In this document: in pieces, positions 48,671 to 60,600 of the stretch
Numbering within the stretch: position 1 is the stretch's first letter
Layout of the letters: the number at the start of each line of letters is the position of its first letter
Origin: Eledone cirrhosa
Taxonomy: Eukaryota
Direction of reading: 5' to 3'
DNA: 64,000 nt
Assembly: GCA_964016885.1 (NCBI GenBank)
Contig: OZ024743.1
Span: forward strand, 139,252,001-139,316,000
Program-made: the position numbers and the translations under genes
The notes under the pieces: model-generated
What the model saw: the letters and a program-made list of their open reading frames with translations, nothing else
What the model was told of the DNA's origin: nothing
Databases searched by the model: none

Positions 48671-51600
48671 TTGGTGTTTGGTGCTTGATGTTTGGTGTTT
48701 GGTGCTTGGTGCTTGGTATCTGGTGTTTGGTGCTTGATGTTTGGTGTTTGGTGCTTGGTGTTTGGTGTTTGGTGCTTGGTGCTTGGTGTTTGGTGCTTGG
48801 TGTTTGGTGTTTGGTGTTTGATGCTTGGTGTTTGCTGCTTGGTGCTTGGTGCTTTGTGTTTTGTGTTTGGTGCTTGGTGCTTGGTGCCTGGTGCTTGGTG
48901 CTTGGTGCTTGTTGTCAGGTGCTTGGTGCTTGGTGATTAGTGTTTGGTGCTTGGTGCTTGCGGTATGGTGTTAGGTGCTTGGGGTTTGGTGTTTGGTGCT
49001 TGGTGCTTGGTGTTTGGTGCTTGGTGCTTGGTGCTTGGTGTTTGGTGCTTGGTGCTTGGTGTTTGGTGTTTGGTGCTTGGTGTTTGGTGTTTGGCGTTTG
49101 CTGTTTGCTGTTTGCTGTTTGGTGTTTGCTGTTTGGTGTTTGCTGTTTGGTGTTTGGTGTTTGGTGCTTGCTGTTTGGTGCTTGGTGCTTGGTGTTTGGT
49201 GTTTGGTGCTTGGTGCTTGGTGCTGGGTGTTTGGTGCTTGGTGCTTGGTGTTTGGTGCTTGGTGCTTGGTGCTTGGTGCTTGGTGTTTGGTGCTTGGTGC
49301 TTGGTCTTTGGTGCTTGGGTTTTGGTGTTTGGTGCTTGGTGCTTGGTGTTTGGTGCTTGGTTCTTGGTGCTTGGTGCTTGGTGTTTGGTGATTGCTGCTT
49401 GGTGCTTGGTGTTTGGTGCTTGGTGCTTGGTGATTAGTGTTTGGTGATTGGTGCTTGGGGTTTGCTGTTTGGTGCTTGGTGTTTGGTGCTTGGTGCTTGC
49501 TGTTTGGTGTTTGGTGTTTGGTTCCTGGTGCTTGGTTTTTGGTGTTTGGTGTTTGGTGCTTGGTGCTTGGTGCTTGGTGTTTGGTGCTTGGTGCTTGGTG
49601 CTTGCTCTTTGGTGCTGCGTGCTTGGTGTTTGGTGTTTGGTGCTTGGTGCCTGGTGCTTGTTGTTTGGTGTTTGGTGCTTAGTGCTTGGTGTTTGGAGTT
49701 TGGTGCTGGGTGCTTGGTGCCTGGTGTTTCATGCTTGGTGCTTGGTGCTTGGTGTTTGGTGTTTGGTGCTTGGTGTTTGGTGTTTGGTATTTGGTGCTTG
49801 GTGCTTGGTGCTTGGTGTTTGGTGCTTGGTGTTTGATGCTGCGTGCTTGGTGTTTGGTGTTTGGTGCTTGGTGCTTGGTGTTTGGTGTTTGGAGCTTGGT
49901 GCCTGCTGCTTGTTGTTTGGTGTTTGGTGCTTGCTGCTTGGTGTTTGGTGTTTGGTGCTTGGTGCTTGGTGCTTGGTATCTGGTGTTTGGTGCTTGATGT
50001 TTGGTGTTTGGTGCTTGGTGCTTGGTGTTTGGTGCTTGGTGTTTGGTGTTTGGTGTTTGATGCTTGGTGTTTGCTGCTTGGTGCTTGGTGCTTGGTGTTT
50101 TGTGTTTGGTGCTTGGTGCTTGGTGCCTGGTGCTTGGTGCTTGGTGCTTGATGTTTGGTGCTTGGTGCTTGGTGATTAGTGTTTGGTGCTTGGTGCTTGG
50201 TGTTTGGTGCTTGGTGCTTGGGGCTTGGTATTTGGTGCTTGGTGCTTGGTGCCTGGTGTTTGGTGTTTGGTGTTTGGTGCTTGGTCTTTGGTGCTTGGTG
50301 CTTGGTGCTGGGTGGTTGGTGTTTGGTGCTTGGTGCTTGGTGTTTGGTGCTTGGTGCTTGGTGCTTGTTGTTTGGTGCTTGGTGCTTGGTGCTTGGTCTT
50401 TGGTGCATGGTGTTTGGTGTTTGGTGCTTTGTGCTTGGTGCTTGGTGTTTGGTGCTTGGTGCTTGGTGCTTGGTGTTTGGTGCTTGGTGCTTGGTGATTA
50501 GTGTTTGTTGCTTGGTGCTTGGGGTTTGGTGGTTGGTGCTTGGTGCTTGGTGTTTGGTGTTTTGTGTTTGGTGTTTGCTGTTTGCTGTTTGGTGTCTGCT
50601 TTTTGGTGTTTGGTGTTTGCTGTATGGTGTTTGCTGTTTCGTATTTGGTTTTTGCTGTTTGGTGTTTGGTGTTTGCTGTTTGGTGTTTGGTGTTTGGTGT
50701 TTGGTGCTTGGTGCTTGGTGCTTGGTGTTTGGTGCTTGGTGCTTGGTGTTTGGTGTTTGGTGCCTGGTGCTTGTTGTATGGTGTTTGGTGCTTGGTGCTT
50801 GGTGTTTGCTGTTTGCTGCTTGGTGTCTGGTGTTTGGTGCTTGGTGTTTGGTGTTTGGTGCTTGGTGATTAGTGTTTCGTGATTGGTGCTTGGGGTTTGG
50901 TGTTTGGGGCTTGGTGTTTGGTGCTTGGTGCTTGCTGTTTGGTGTTTGGTGTTTGGTGCTTGGTGTTTGGTGTTTGGTGTTTGGTGCTTGGTGCTTGGTG
51001 CTTGGTGTTTGGTGCTTGGTGCTTGGTGCTTGGTGTTTGGTGCTTGGTGCTTGGGGCTTGGTAGTTGGTGCTTGGTGCTTGGTGCCTGGTGTTTGGTGTT
51101 TGGTGTTTGGTGCTTGGTGTTTGGTGCTTGGTGCTTGGTGCTGGGTGGTTGGTGTTTGGTGCTTGGTGCTTGGTGTTTGGTGCTTGGTGCTTGGTGCTTG
51201 TTGTTTGGTGCTTGGTGCTTGGTGCTTGGTCTTTGGTGCATGGTGTTTGGTGTTTGGCGCTTGGTGCTTGGTGCTTGGTGTTTGGTGCTTGGTGCTTGGT
51301 GCTTGGTGTTTGGTGCTTGGTTCTTGGTGATTAGTGTTTGTTGCTTGGTGCTTGGTGTTTGGTGTTTGGTGTTTGCTGTTTGGTGTCTGCTTTTTGGTGT
51401 TTGGTGTTTGCTGTATGGTGTTTGCTGTTTCGTATTTGGTTTTTGCTGTTTGGTGTTTGGTGTTTGGTGTTTGCTGTTTTGTGTTTGGTGTTTGGTGCTT
51501 GGTGCTTGGTGCTTGGTGTTTGGCGTTTGGTGCTTGGAGCTTGGTGTTTGGTGCTTGGTGCTTGGTGTTTGGTGTTTTGTGCTTGGTGCTTGGTGCTTGG

Positions 51601-54600
51601 TATCTGGTGTTTGGTGCTTGGTGTTTGGTGTTTGGTGCTTGGTGCTTGGTGTTTGGTGCTTGGTGTTTGGTGTTTGGTGTTTGATGCTTGGTGTTTGCTG
51701 CTTGGTGCTTGGTGCTTGGTGTTTTGTGTTTGGTGCTTGGTGCTTGGTGCTTGGTATCTGGTGTTTGGTGCTTGGTGTTTGGTGTTTGGTGCTTGGTGCT
51801 TGGTGTTTGGTGCTTGGTGTTTGGTGTTTGGTGTTTGATGCTTGGTGTTTGCTGCTTGGTGCTTGGTGCTTGGTGTTTTGTGTTTGGTGCTTGGTGCCTG
51901 GTGCCTGGTGCTTGGTGCTTGGTGCTTGTTGTTTGGTGCTTGGTGCTTGGTGATTAGTGTTTGGTGCTTGGTGCTTGCGGTTTGATGTTTGGTGCTTGGG
52001 GTTTGGTTTTTGGTGCTTGGTGCTTGGTGTTTGGTGCTTGGTGCTTGGTGCTTGGTGTTTGGTGCTTGGTGCTTGGTGTTAGGTGTTTGGTGCTTGGTGC
52101 TTGGTGTTTGATGTTTGGTCCTTGGTGCTTGGTGTTTGGTGTTTGGTGCTTGGTGCTTGGTGTTTGGTGTTTGGTGCTTGCTGCTTGCTGCTTGGTGTTT
52201 GGTGCTTGGTGATTGGTGCTTGGTGTTTTGTGCTTGGTGCTTGGTGTTTGGTGTTTGGTGCTAGGGGCTTGGTGATTGGTGCTTGGTGTTTGGTGCCTGG
52301 TGCTTGCTGTTTGGTTTTTGGTGCTTGGTGCGTGGGACATAGTGTTTGGTGTTTGGTGCTTGGTGTTTGGTGATTGGTGTTTGGTGCTTGGTGTTTGGGG
52401 CTTGGTGTTCGGTGCTTGGTGCTTGGTGCTTGGGGCTTGGTGTTTGGTGTTTGGTGCTTGGTGCTTGGTGTTTGATCTTGGGTCCTTGGTGCTTGGTCTT
52501 TGGTGTTTGGTGCTTGGTGCTTGGTGTTTGGTGCTTGGTGCTTGGTGTTTGGTGTTTGGTGCTTGGTGCTTGGGGCTTGGTGTTTGGTGCTTGGTGCTTG
52601 GTGTTTGGTGCTTGGTGCTTGGGGCTTGGTAGTTGGTGCTTGGTGCTTGGTGCCTGGTGTTTGGTGTTTGGAGTTTGGTGCTTGGTGTTTGGTGCTTGGT
52701 GCTTGGTGCTGGGTGGTTGGTGTTTGGTGCTTGGTGCTTGGTGTTTGGTGCTTGGTGCTTGGTGCTTGTTGTTTGGTGCTTGGTGCTTGGTGCTTGGTGC
52801 TTGGTGCTTGGTGTTTGGTGTTTGGCGCTTGGTGCTTGGTGCTTGGTGTTTGGTGCTTGGTGCTTGGTGCTTGGTGTTTGGTGCTTGGTTCTTGGTGATT
52901 AGTGTTTGTTGCTTGGTGCTTGGGGTTTGGTGGTTGGTCCTTGGTGCTTGGTGTTTGGTGTTTGGTGTTTGGTGTTTGGTGTTTGCTGTTTGGTGTCTGC
53001 TTTTTGGTGTTTGGTGTTTGCTGTATGGTGTTTGCTGTTTCGTATTTGGTTTTTGCTGTTTGGTGTTTGGTGTTTGCTGTTTTGTGTTTGGTGTTTGGTG
53101 CTTGGTGCTTGGTGCTTGGTGTTTGGCGTTTGGTGCTTGGAGCTTGGTGTTTGGTGCTTGGTGCTTGGTGTTTGGTGTTTGGTGCTTGGTGCCTGGTGCT
53201 TGTTGTATGGTGTTTGGTGCTTGGTGCTTGGTGTTTGGTGTTTGCTGCTTGGTGTCTGGTGTTTGGTGCTTGGTGTTTGGTGCTTGGTGCTTGGTGCTTG
53301 GTGCTTGGTGTTTGGTGTTTGGTGCTTGGTGCTTGGTGTTTGGTGTTTGGTGCTGGGTGCATGGAGTTTGGTGCTTGGTGCTTAGTGCTTGGTGTTTGGT
53401 GTTTGGTGCTTGGTATTTGGTGTTTGGTGTTTGATGCTTGGTGTGTGGTGCTTGGTGATTGGTGCTTTGTGTTTGGTGCTTGGTGCTTGGTGCCTGGTGC
53501 TTGGTGCTTGGTGCTTGTTGTTTGGTGCTTGGTGCTTGGTGATTAGTGTTTGGTGCTTGGTCCTTGGAGTTTGCTGTTTGGTGCGTGGAGCTTGGTATTT
53601 GGTGCTTGGTGCTTGGTGTTTGGTGTTTGGTGCTTGGGGTTTGGTGTTTGGTGCTTGGTGCTTGGTGTTTGGTGCTTGGTGCTTGGTGTTTGGTGCTTGG
53701 TGCTTTGTGTTTGGTGCTTGGTGTTTGGTGCTTGGTGCTTGGTGCTTGGTGCTTGGTGTTAGGTGTTTGGTGCTTGGTGATTGGTGTTTGATGTTAGGTT
53801 CTTGGTGCTTGGTGTTTGGTGTTTGGTGCTTGGTACTTGGTGTTTGGTGTTTGGTGGTTGCTGCTTGGTGCTTGGTGTTTTGTGTTTGGTGCTTGGTACT
53901 TGGTGTTTGGTGTTTGGTGATTGCTGCTTGTTGCTTGGTGTTTGGTGCTTGGTGCTTGGTGATTAGTGTTTGGTGATTGGTGCTTGGGGTTTGCTGTTTG
54001 GTGCTTGGTGTTTGGTGCTTGGTGCTTGCTGTTTGGTGTTTGGTGTTTGGTTCTTGGTGCTTGGTGTTTGGTGTTTGGTGTCTGGTGCTTGAGGCTTGGT
54101 GCTTGGTGTTTGGTGCTTGGTGCTTGGTGCTTGGTGCTTGGTGTTTGGTGCTTGGTGTTTGATGCTGCGTGCTTGGTGTTTGGTGTTTGGTGCTTGGTGC
54201 TTGGTGTTTGGTGTTTGGAGCTTGGTTCCTGCTGCTTGTTGTTTGGTGTTTGGTGTTTGGTGCTTGGTGTTTGGTGTTTGGTGCTTGGTGCTTGGTGCTT
54301 GGTGTTTTGTGTTTGGTGCTTGGTGCCTGGTGCCTGGTGCTTGGTGCTTGGTGCTTGTTGTTTGGTGCTTGGTGCTTGGTGATTAGTGTTTGGTGCTTGG
54401 TGCTTGCGGTTTGATGTTTGGTGCTTGGGGTTTGGTGTTTGGTGCTTGGTGCTTGGTGTTTGGTGCTTGGTGCTTGGTGCTTGGTGTTTGGTGCTTGGTG
54501 CTTGGTGTTAGGTGTTTGGTGCTTGGTGCTTGGTGTTTGATGTTTGGTCCTTGGTGCTTGGTGTTTGGTGTTTGGTGCTTGGTGCTTGGTGTTTGGTGTT

Positions 54601-57600
54601 TGGTGCTTGCTGCTTGCTGCTTGGTGTTTGGTGCTTGGTGATTGGTGCTTGGTGTTTTGTGCTTGGTGCTTGGTGTTTGGTGTTTGGTGCTAGGGGCTTG
54701 GTGCTTGGTGCTTGGTGTTTGGTGCCTGGTGCTTGCTGTTTGGTTTTTGGTGCTTGGTGCGTGGGACATAGTGTTTGGTGTTTGGTGCTTGGTGTTTGGT
54801 GATTGGTGTTTGGTGATTGGTGTTTGGGGCTTGGTGTTCGGTGCTTGGTGCTTGGTGCTTGGGGCTTGGTGTTTGGTGTTTGCTGCTTGGTGCTTGGTGT
54901 TTGATCTTGGGTCCTTGGTGCTTGGTCTTTGGTGTTTGGTGCTTGGTGCTTGGTGTTTGGTGCTTGGTGCTTGGTGTTTGGTGTTTGGTGCTTGGTGCTT
55001 GGGGCTTGGTGTTTGGTGCTTGGTGCTTGGTGTTTGGTGCTTGGTGCTTGGGGCTTGGTAGTTGGTGCTTGGTGCTTGGTGCCTGGTGTTTGGTGTTTGG
55101 AGTTTGGTGCTTGGTGTTTGGTGCTTGGTGCTTGGTGCTGGGTGGTTGGTGTTTGGTGCTTGGTGCTTGGTGTTTGGTGCTTGGTGCTTGGTGCTTGTTG
55201 TTTGGTGCTTGGTGCTTGGTGCTTGGTCTTTGGTGCATGGTGTTTGGTGTTTGGCGCTTGGTGCTTGGTGCTTGGTGTTTGGTGCTTGGTGCTTGGTGCT
55301 TGGTGTTTGGTGCTTGGTTCTTGGTGATTAGTGTTTGTTGCTTGGTGCTTGGTGTTTGGTGTTTGGTGTTTGGTGTTTGCTGTTTGGTGTCTGCTTTTTG
55401 GTGTTTGGTGTTTGCTGTATGGTGTTTGCTGTTTCGTATTTGGTTTTTGCTGTTTGGTGTTTGGTGTTTGCTGTTTTGTGTTTGGTGTTTGGTGCTTGGT
55501 GCTTGGTGCTTGGTGTTTGGCGTTTGGTGCTTGGAGCTTGGTGTTTGGTGCTTGGTGCTTGGTGTTTGGTGTTTGGTGCTTGGTGCCTGGTGCTTGTTGT
55601 ATGGTGTTTGGTGCTTGGTGCTTGGTGTTTGGTGTTTGCTGCTTGGTGTCTGGTGTTTGGTGCTTGGTGTTTGTTGCTTGGTGCTTGGTGCTTGGTGCTT
55701 GGTGTTTGGTGTTTGGTGCTTGGTGCTTGGTGTTTGGTGTTTGGTGCTGGGTGCATGGAGTTTGGTGCTTGGTGCTTAGTGCTTGGTGTTTGGTGTTTGG
55801 TGCTTGGTATTTGGTGTTTGGTGCTTGATGTTTGGTGTTTGGTGCTTGGTGCTTGGTATCTGGTGTTTGGTGCTTGATGTTTGGTGTTTGGTGCTTGGTG
55901 TTTGGTGTTTGGTGCTTGGTGCTTGGTGTTTGGTGCTTGGTGTTTGGTGTTTGGTGTTTGATGCTTGGTGTTTGCTGCTTGGTGCTTGGTGCTTTGTGTT
56001 TTGTGTTTGGTGCTTGGTGCTTGGTGCCTGGTGCTTGGTGCTTGGTGCTTGTTGTCAGGTGCTTGGTGCTTGGTGATTAGTGTTTGGTGCTTGGTGCTTG
56101 CGGTATGGTGTTAGGTGCTTGGGGTTTGGTGTTTGGTGCTTGGTGCTTGGTGTTTGGTGCTTGGTGCTTGGTGCTTGGTGTTTGGTGCTTGGTGCTTGGT
56201 GTTTGGTGTTTGGTGCTTGGTGTTTGGTGTTTGGCGTTTGCTGTTTGCTGTTTGCTGTTTGGTGTTTGCTGTTTGGTGTTTGCTGTTTGGTGTTTGGTGT
56301 TTGGTGCTTGCTGTTTGGTGCTTGGTGCTTGGTGTTTGGTGTTTGGTGCTTGGTGCTTGGTGCTGGGTGTTTGGTGCTTGGTGCTTGGTGTTTGGTGCTT
56401 GGTGCTTGGTGCTTGGTGCTTGGTGTTTGGTGCTTGGTGCTTGGTCTTTGGTGCTTGGGTTTTGGTGTTTGGTGCTTGGTGCTTGGTGTTTGGTGCTTGG
56501 TTCTTGGTGCTTGGTGCTTGGTGTTTGGTGATTGCTGCTTGGTGCTTGGTGTTTGGTGCTTGGTGCTTGGTGATTAGTGTTTGGTGATTGGTGCTTGGGG
56601 TTTGCTGTTTGGTGCTTGGTGTTTGGTGCTTGGTGCTTGCTGTTTGGTGTTTGGTGTTTGGTTCCTGGTGCTTGGTTTTTGGTGTTTGGTGTTTGGTGCT
56701 TGGTGCTTGGTGCTTGGTGTTTGGTGCTTGGTGCTTGGTGCTTGCTCTTTGGTGCTGCGTGCTTGGTGTTTGGTGTTTGGTGCTTGGTGCCTGGTGCTTG
56801 TTGTTTGGTGTTTGGTGCTTAGTGCTTGGTGTTTGGAGTTTGGTGCTGGGTGCTTGGTGCCTGGTGTTTCATGCTTGGTGCTTGGTGCTTGGTGTTTGGT
56901 GTTTGGTGCTTGGTGTTTGGTGTTTGGTATTTGGTGCTTGGTGCTTGGTGCTTGGTGTTTGGTGCTTGGTGTTTGATGCTGCGTGCTTGGTGTTTGGTGT
57001 TTGGTGCTTGGTGCTTGGTGTTTGGTGTTTGGAGCTTGGTGCCTGCTGCTTGTTGTTTGGTGTTTGGTGCTTGCTGCTTGGTGTTTGGTGTTTGGTGCTT
57101 GGTGCTTGGTGCTTGGTATCTGGTGTTTGGTGCTTGATGTTTGGTGTTTGGTGCTTGGTGCTTGGTGTTTGGTGCTTGGTGTTTGGTGTTTGGTGTTTGA
57201 TGCTTGGTGTTTGCTGCTTGGTGCTTGGTGCTTGGTGTTTTGTGTTTGGTGCTTGGTGCTTGGTGCCTGGTGCTTGGTGCTTGGTGCTTGATGTTTGGTG
57301 CTTGGTGCTTGGTGATTAGTGTTTGGTGCTTGGTGCTTGGTGTTTGGTGCTTGGTGCTTGGGGCTTGGTATTTGGTGCTTGGTGCTTGGTGCCTGGTGTT
57401 TGGTGTTTGGTGTTTGGTGCTTGGTCTTTGGTGCTTGGTGCTTGGTGCTGGGTGGTTGGTGTTTGGTGCTTGGTGCTTGGTGTTTGGTGCTTGGTGCTTG
57501 GTGCTTGTTGTTTGGTGCTTGGTGCTTGGTGCTTGGTCTTTGGTGCATGGTGTTTGGTGTTTGGTGCTTTGTGCTTGGTGCTTGGTGTTTGGTGCTTGGT

Positions 57601-60600
57601 GCTTGGTGCTTGGTGTTTGGTGCTTGGTGCTTGGTGATTAGTGTTTGTTGCTTGGTGCTTGGGGTTTGGTGGTTGGTGCTTGGTGCTTGGTGTTTGGTGT
57701 TTTGTGTTTGGTGTTTGCTGTTTGCTGTTTGGTGTCTGCTTTTTGGTGTTTAGTGTTTGCTGTATGGTGTTTGCTGTTTCGTATTTGGTTTTTGCTGTTT
57801 GGTGTTTGGTGTTTGCTGTTTGGTGTTTGGTGTTTGGTGTTTGGTGCTTGGTGCTTGGTGCTTGGTGTTTGGTGCTTGGTGCTTGGTGTTTGGTGTTTGG
57901 TGCCTGGTGCTTGTTGTATGGTGTTTGGTGCTTGGTGCTTGGTGTTTGCTGTTTGCTGCTTGGTGTCTGGTGTTTGGTGCTTGGTGTTTGGTGTTTGGTG
58001 CTTGGTGATTAGTGTTTCGTGATTGGTGCTTGGGGTTTGGTGTTTGGGGCTTGGTGTTTGGTGCTTGGTGCTTGCTGTTTGGTGTTTGGTGTTTGGTGCT
58101 TGGTGTTTGGTGTTTGGTGTTTGGTGCTTGGTGCTTGGTGCTTGGTGTTTGGTGCTTGGTGCTTGGTGCTTGGTGTTTGGTGCTTGGTGCTTGGGGCTTG
58201 GTAGTTGGTGCTTGGTGCTTGGTGCCTGGTGTTTGGTGTTTGGTGTTTGGTGCTTGGTGTTTGGTGCTTGGTGCTTGGTGCTGGGTGGTTGGTGTTTGGT
58301 GCTTGGTGCTTGGTGTTTGGTGCTTGGTGCTTGGTGCTTGTTGTTTGGTGCTTGGTGCTTGGTGCTTGGTCTTTGGTGCATGGTGTTTGGTGTTTGGCGC
58401 TTGGTGCTTGGTGCTTGGTGTTTGGTGCTTGGTGCTTGGTGCTTGGTGTTTGGTGCTTGGTTCTTGGTGATTAGTGTTTGTTGCTTGGTGCTTGGTGTTT
58501 GGTGTTTGGTGTTTGCTGTTTGGTGTCTGCTTTTTGGTGTTTGGTGTTTGCTGTATGGTGTTTGCTGTTTCGTATTTGGTTTTTGCTGTTTGGTGTTTGG
58601 TGTTTGGTGTTTGCTGTTTTGTGTTTGGTGTTTGGTGCTTGGTGCTTGGTGCTTGGTGTTTGGCGTTTGGTGCTTGGAGCTTGGTGTTTGGTGCTTGGTG
58701 CTTGGTGTTTGGTGTTTTGTGCTTGGTGCTTGGTGCTTGGTATCTGGTGTTTGGTGCTTGGTGTTTGGTGTTTGGTGCTTGGTGCTTGGTGTTTGGTGCT
58801 TGGTGTTTGGTGTTTGGTGTTTGATGCTTGGTGTTTGCTGCTTGGTGCTTGGTGCTTGGTGTTTTGTGTTTGGTGCTTGGTGCTTGGTGCTTGGTATCTG
58901 GTGTTTGGTGCTTGGTGTTTGGTGTTTGGTGCTTGGTGCTTGGTGTTTGGTGCTTGGTGTTTGGTGTTTGGTGTTTGATGCTTGGTGTTTGCTGCTTGGT
59001 GCTTGGTGCTTGGTGTTTTGTGTTTGGTGCTTGGTGCCTGGTGCCTGGTGCTTGGTGCTTGGTGCTTGTTGTTTGGTGCTTGGTGCTTGGTGATTAGTGT
59101 TTGGTGCTTGGTGCTTGCGGTTTGATGTTTGGTGCTTGGGGTTTGGTGTTTGGTGCTTGGTGCTTGGTGTTTGGTGCTTGGTGCTTGGTGCTTGGTGTTT
59201 GGTGCTTGGTGCTTGGTGTTAGGTGTTTGGTGCTTGGTGCTTGGTGTTTGATGTTTGGTCCTTGGTGCTTGGTGTTTGGTGTTTGGTGCTTGGTGCTTGG
59301 TGTTTGGTGTTTGGTGCTTGCTGCTTGCTGCTTGGTGTTTGGTGCTTGGTGATTGGTGCTTGGTGTTTTGTGCTTGGTGCTTGGTGTTTGGTGTTTGGTG
59401 CTAGGGGCTTGGTGATTGGTGCTTGGTGTTTGGTGCCTGGTGCTTGCTGTTTGGTTTTTGGTGCTTGGTGCGTGGGACATAGTGTTTGGTGTTTGGTGCT
59501 TGGTGTTTGGTGATTGGTGTTTGGTGCTTGGTGTTTGGGGCTTGGTGTTCGGTGCTTGGTGCTTGGTGCTTGGGGCTTGGTGTTTGGTGTTTGGTGCTTG
59601 GTGCTTGGTGTTTGATCTTGGGTCCTTGGTGCTTGGTCTTTGGTGTTTGGTGCTTGGTGCTTGGTGTTTGGTGCTTGGTGCTTGGTGTTTGGTGTTTGGT
59701 GCTTGGTGCTTGGGGCTTGGTGTTTGGTGCTTGGTGCTTGGTGTTTGGTGCTTGGTGCTTGGGGCTTGGTAGTTGGTGCTTGGTGCTTGGTGCCTGGTGT
59801 TTGGTGTTTGGAGTTTGGTGCTTGGTGTTTGGTGCTTGGTGCTTGGTGCTGGGTGGTTGGTGTTTGGTGCTTGGTGCTTGGTGTTTGGTGCTTGGTGCTT
59901 GGTGCTTGTTGTTTGGTGCTTGGTGCTTGGTGCTTGGTGCTTGGTGCTTGGTGTTTGGTGTTTGGCGCTTGGTGCTTGGTGCTTGGTGTTTGGTGCTTGG
60001 TGCTTGGTGCTTGGTGTTTGGTGCTTGGTTCTTGGTGATTAGTGTTTGTTGCTTGGTGCTTGGGGTTTGGTGGTTGGTCCTTGGTGCTTGGTGTTTGGTG
60101 TTTGGTGTTTGGTGTTTGGTGTTTGCTGTTTGGTGTCTGCTTTTTGGTGTTTGGTGTTTGCTGTATGGTGTTTGCTGTTTCGTATTTGGTTTTTGCTGTT
60201 TGGTGTTTGGTGTTTGCTGTTTTGTGTTTGGTGTTTGGTGCTTGGTGCTTGGTGCTTGGTGTTTGGCGTTTGGTGCTTGGAGCTTGGTGTTTGGTGCTTG
60301 GTGCTTGGTGTTTGGTGTTTGGTGATTGGTGCCTGGTGCTTGTTGTATGGTGTTTGGTGCTTGGTGCTTGGTGTTTGGTGTTTGCTGCTTGGTGTCTGGT
60401 GTTTGGTGCTTGGTGTTTGGTGCTTGGTGCTTGGTGCTTGGTGTTTGGTGTTTGGTGCTTGGTGCTTGGTGTTTGGTGTTTGGTGCTGGGTGCATGGAGT
60501 TTGGTGCTTGGTGCTTAGTGCTTGGTGTTTGGTGTTTGGTGCTTGGTATTTGGTGTTTGGTGTTTGATGCTTGGTGTGTGGTGCTTGGTGATTGGTGCTT

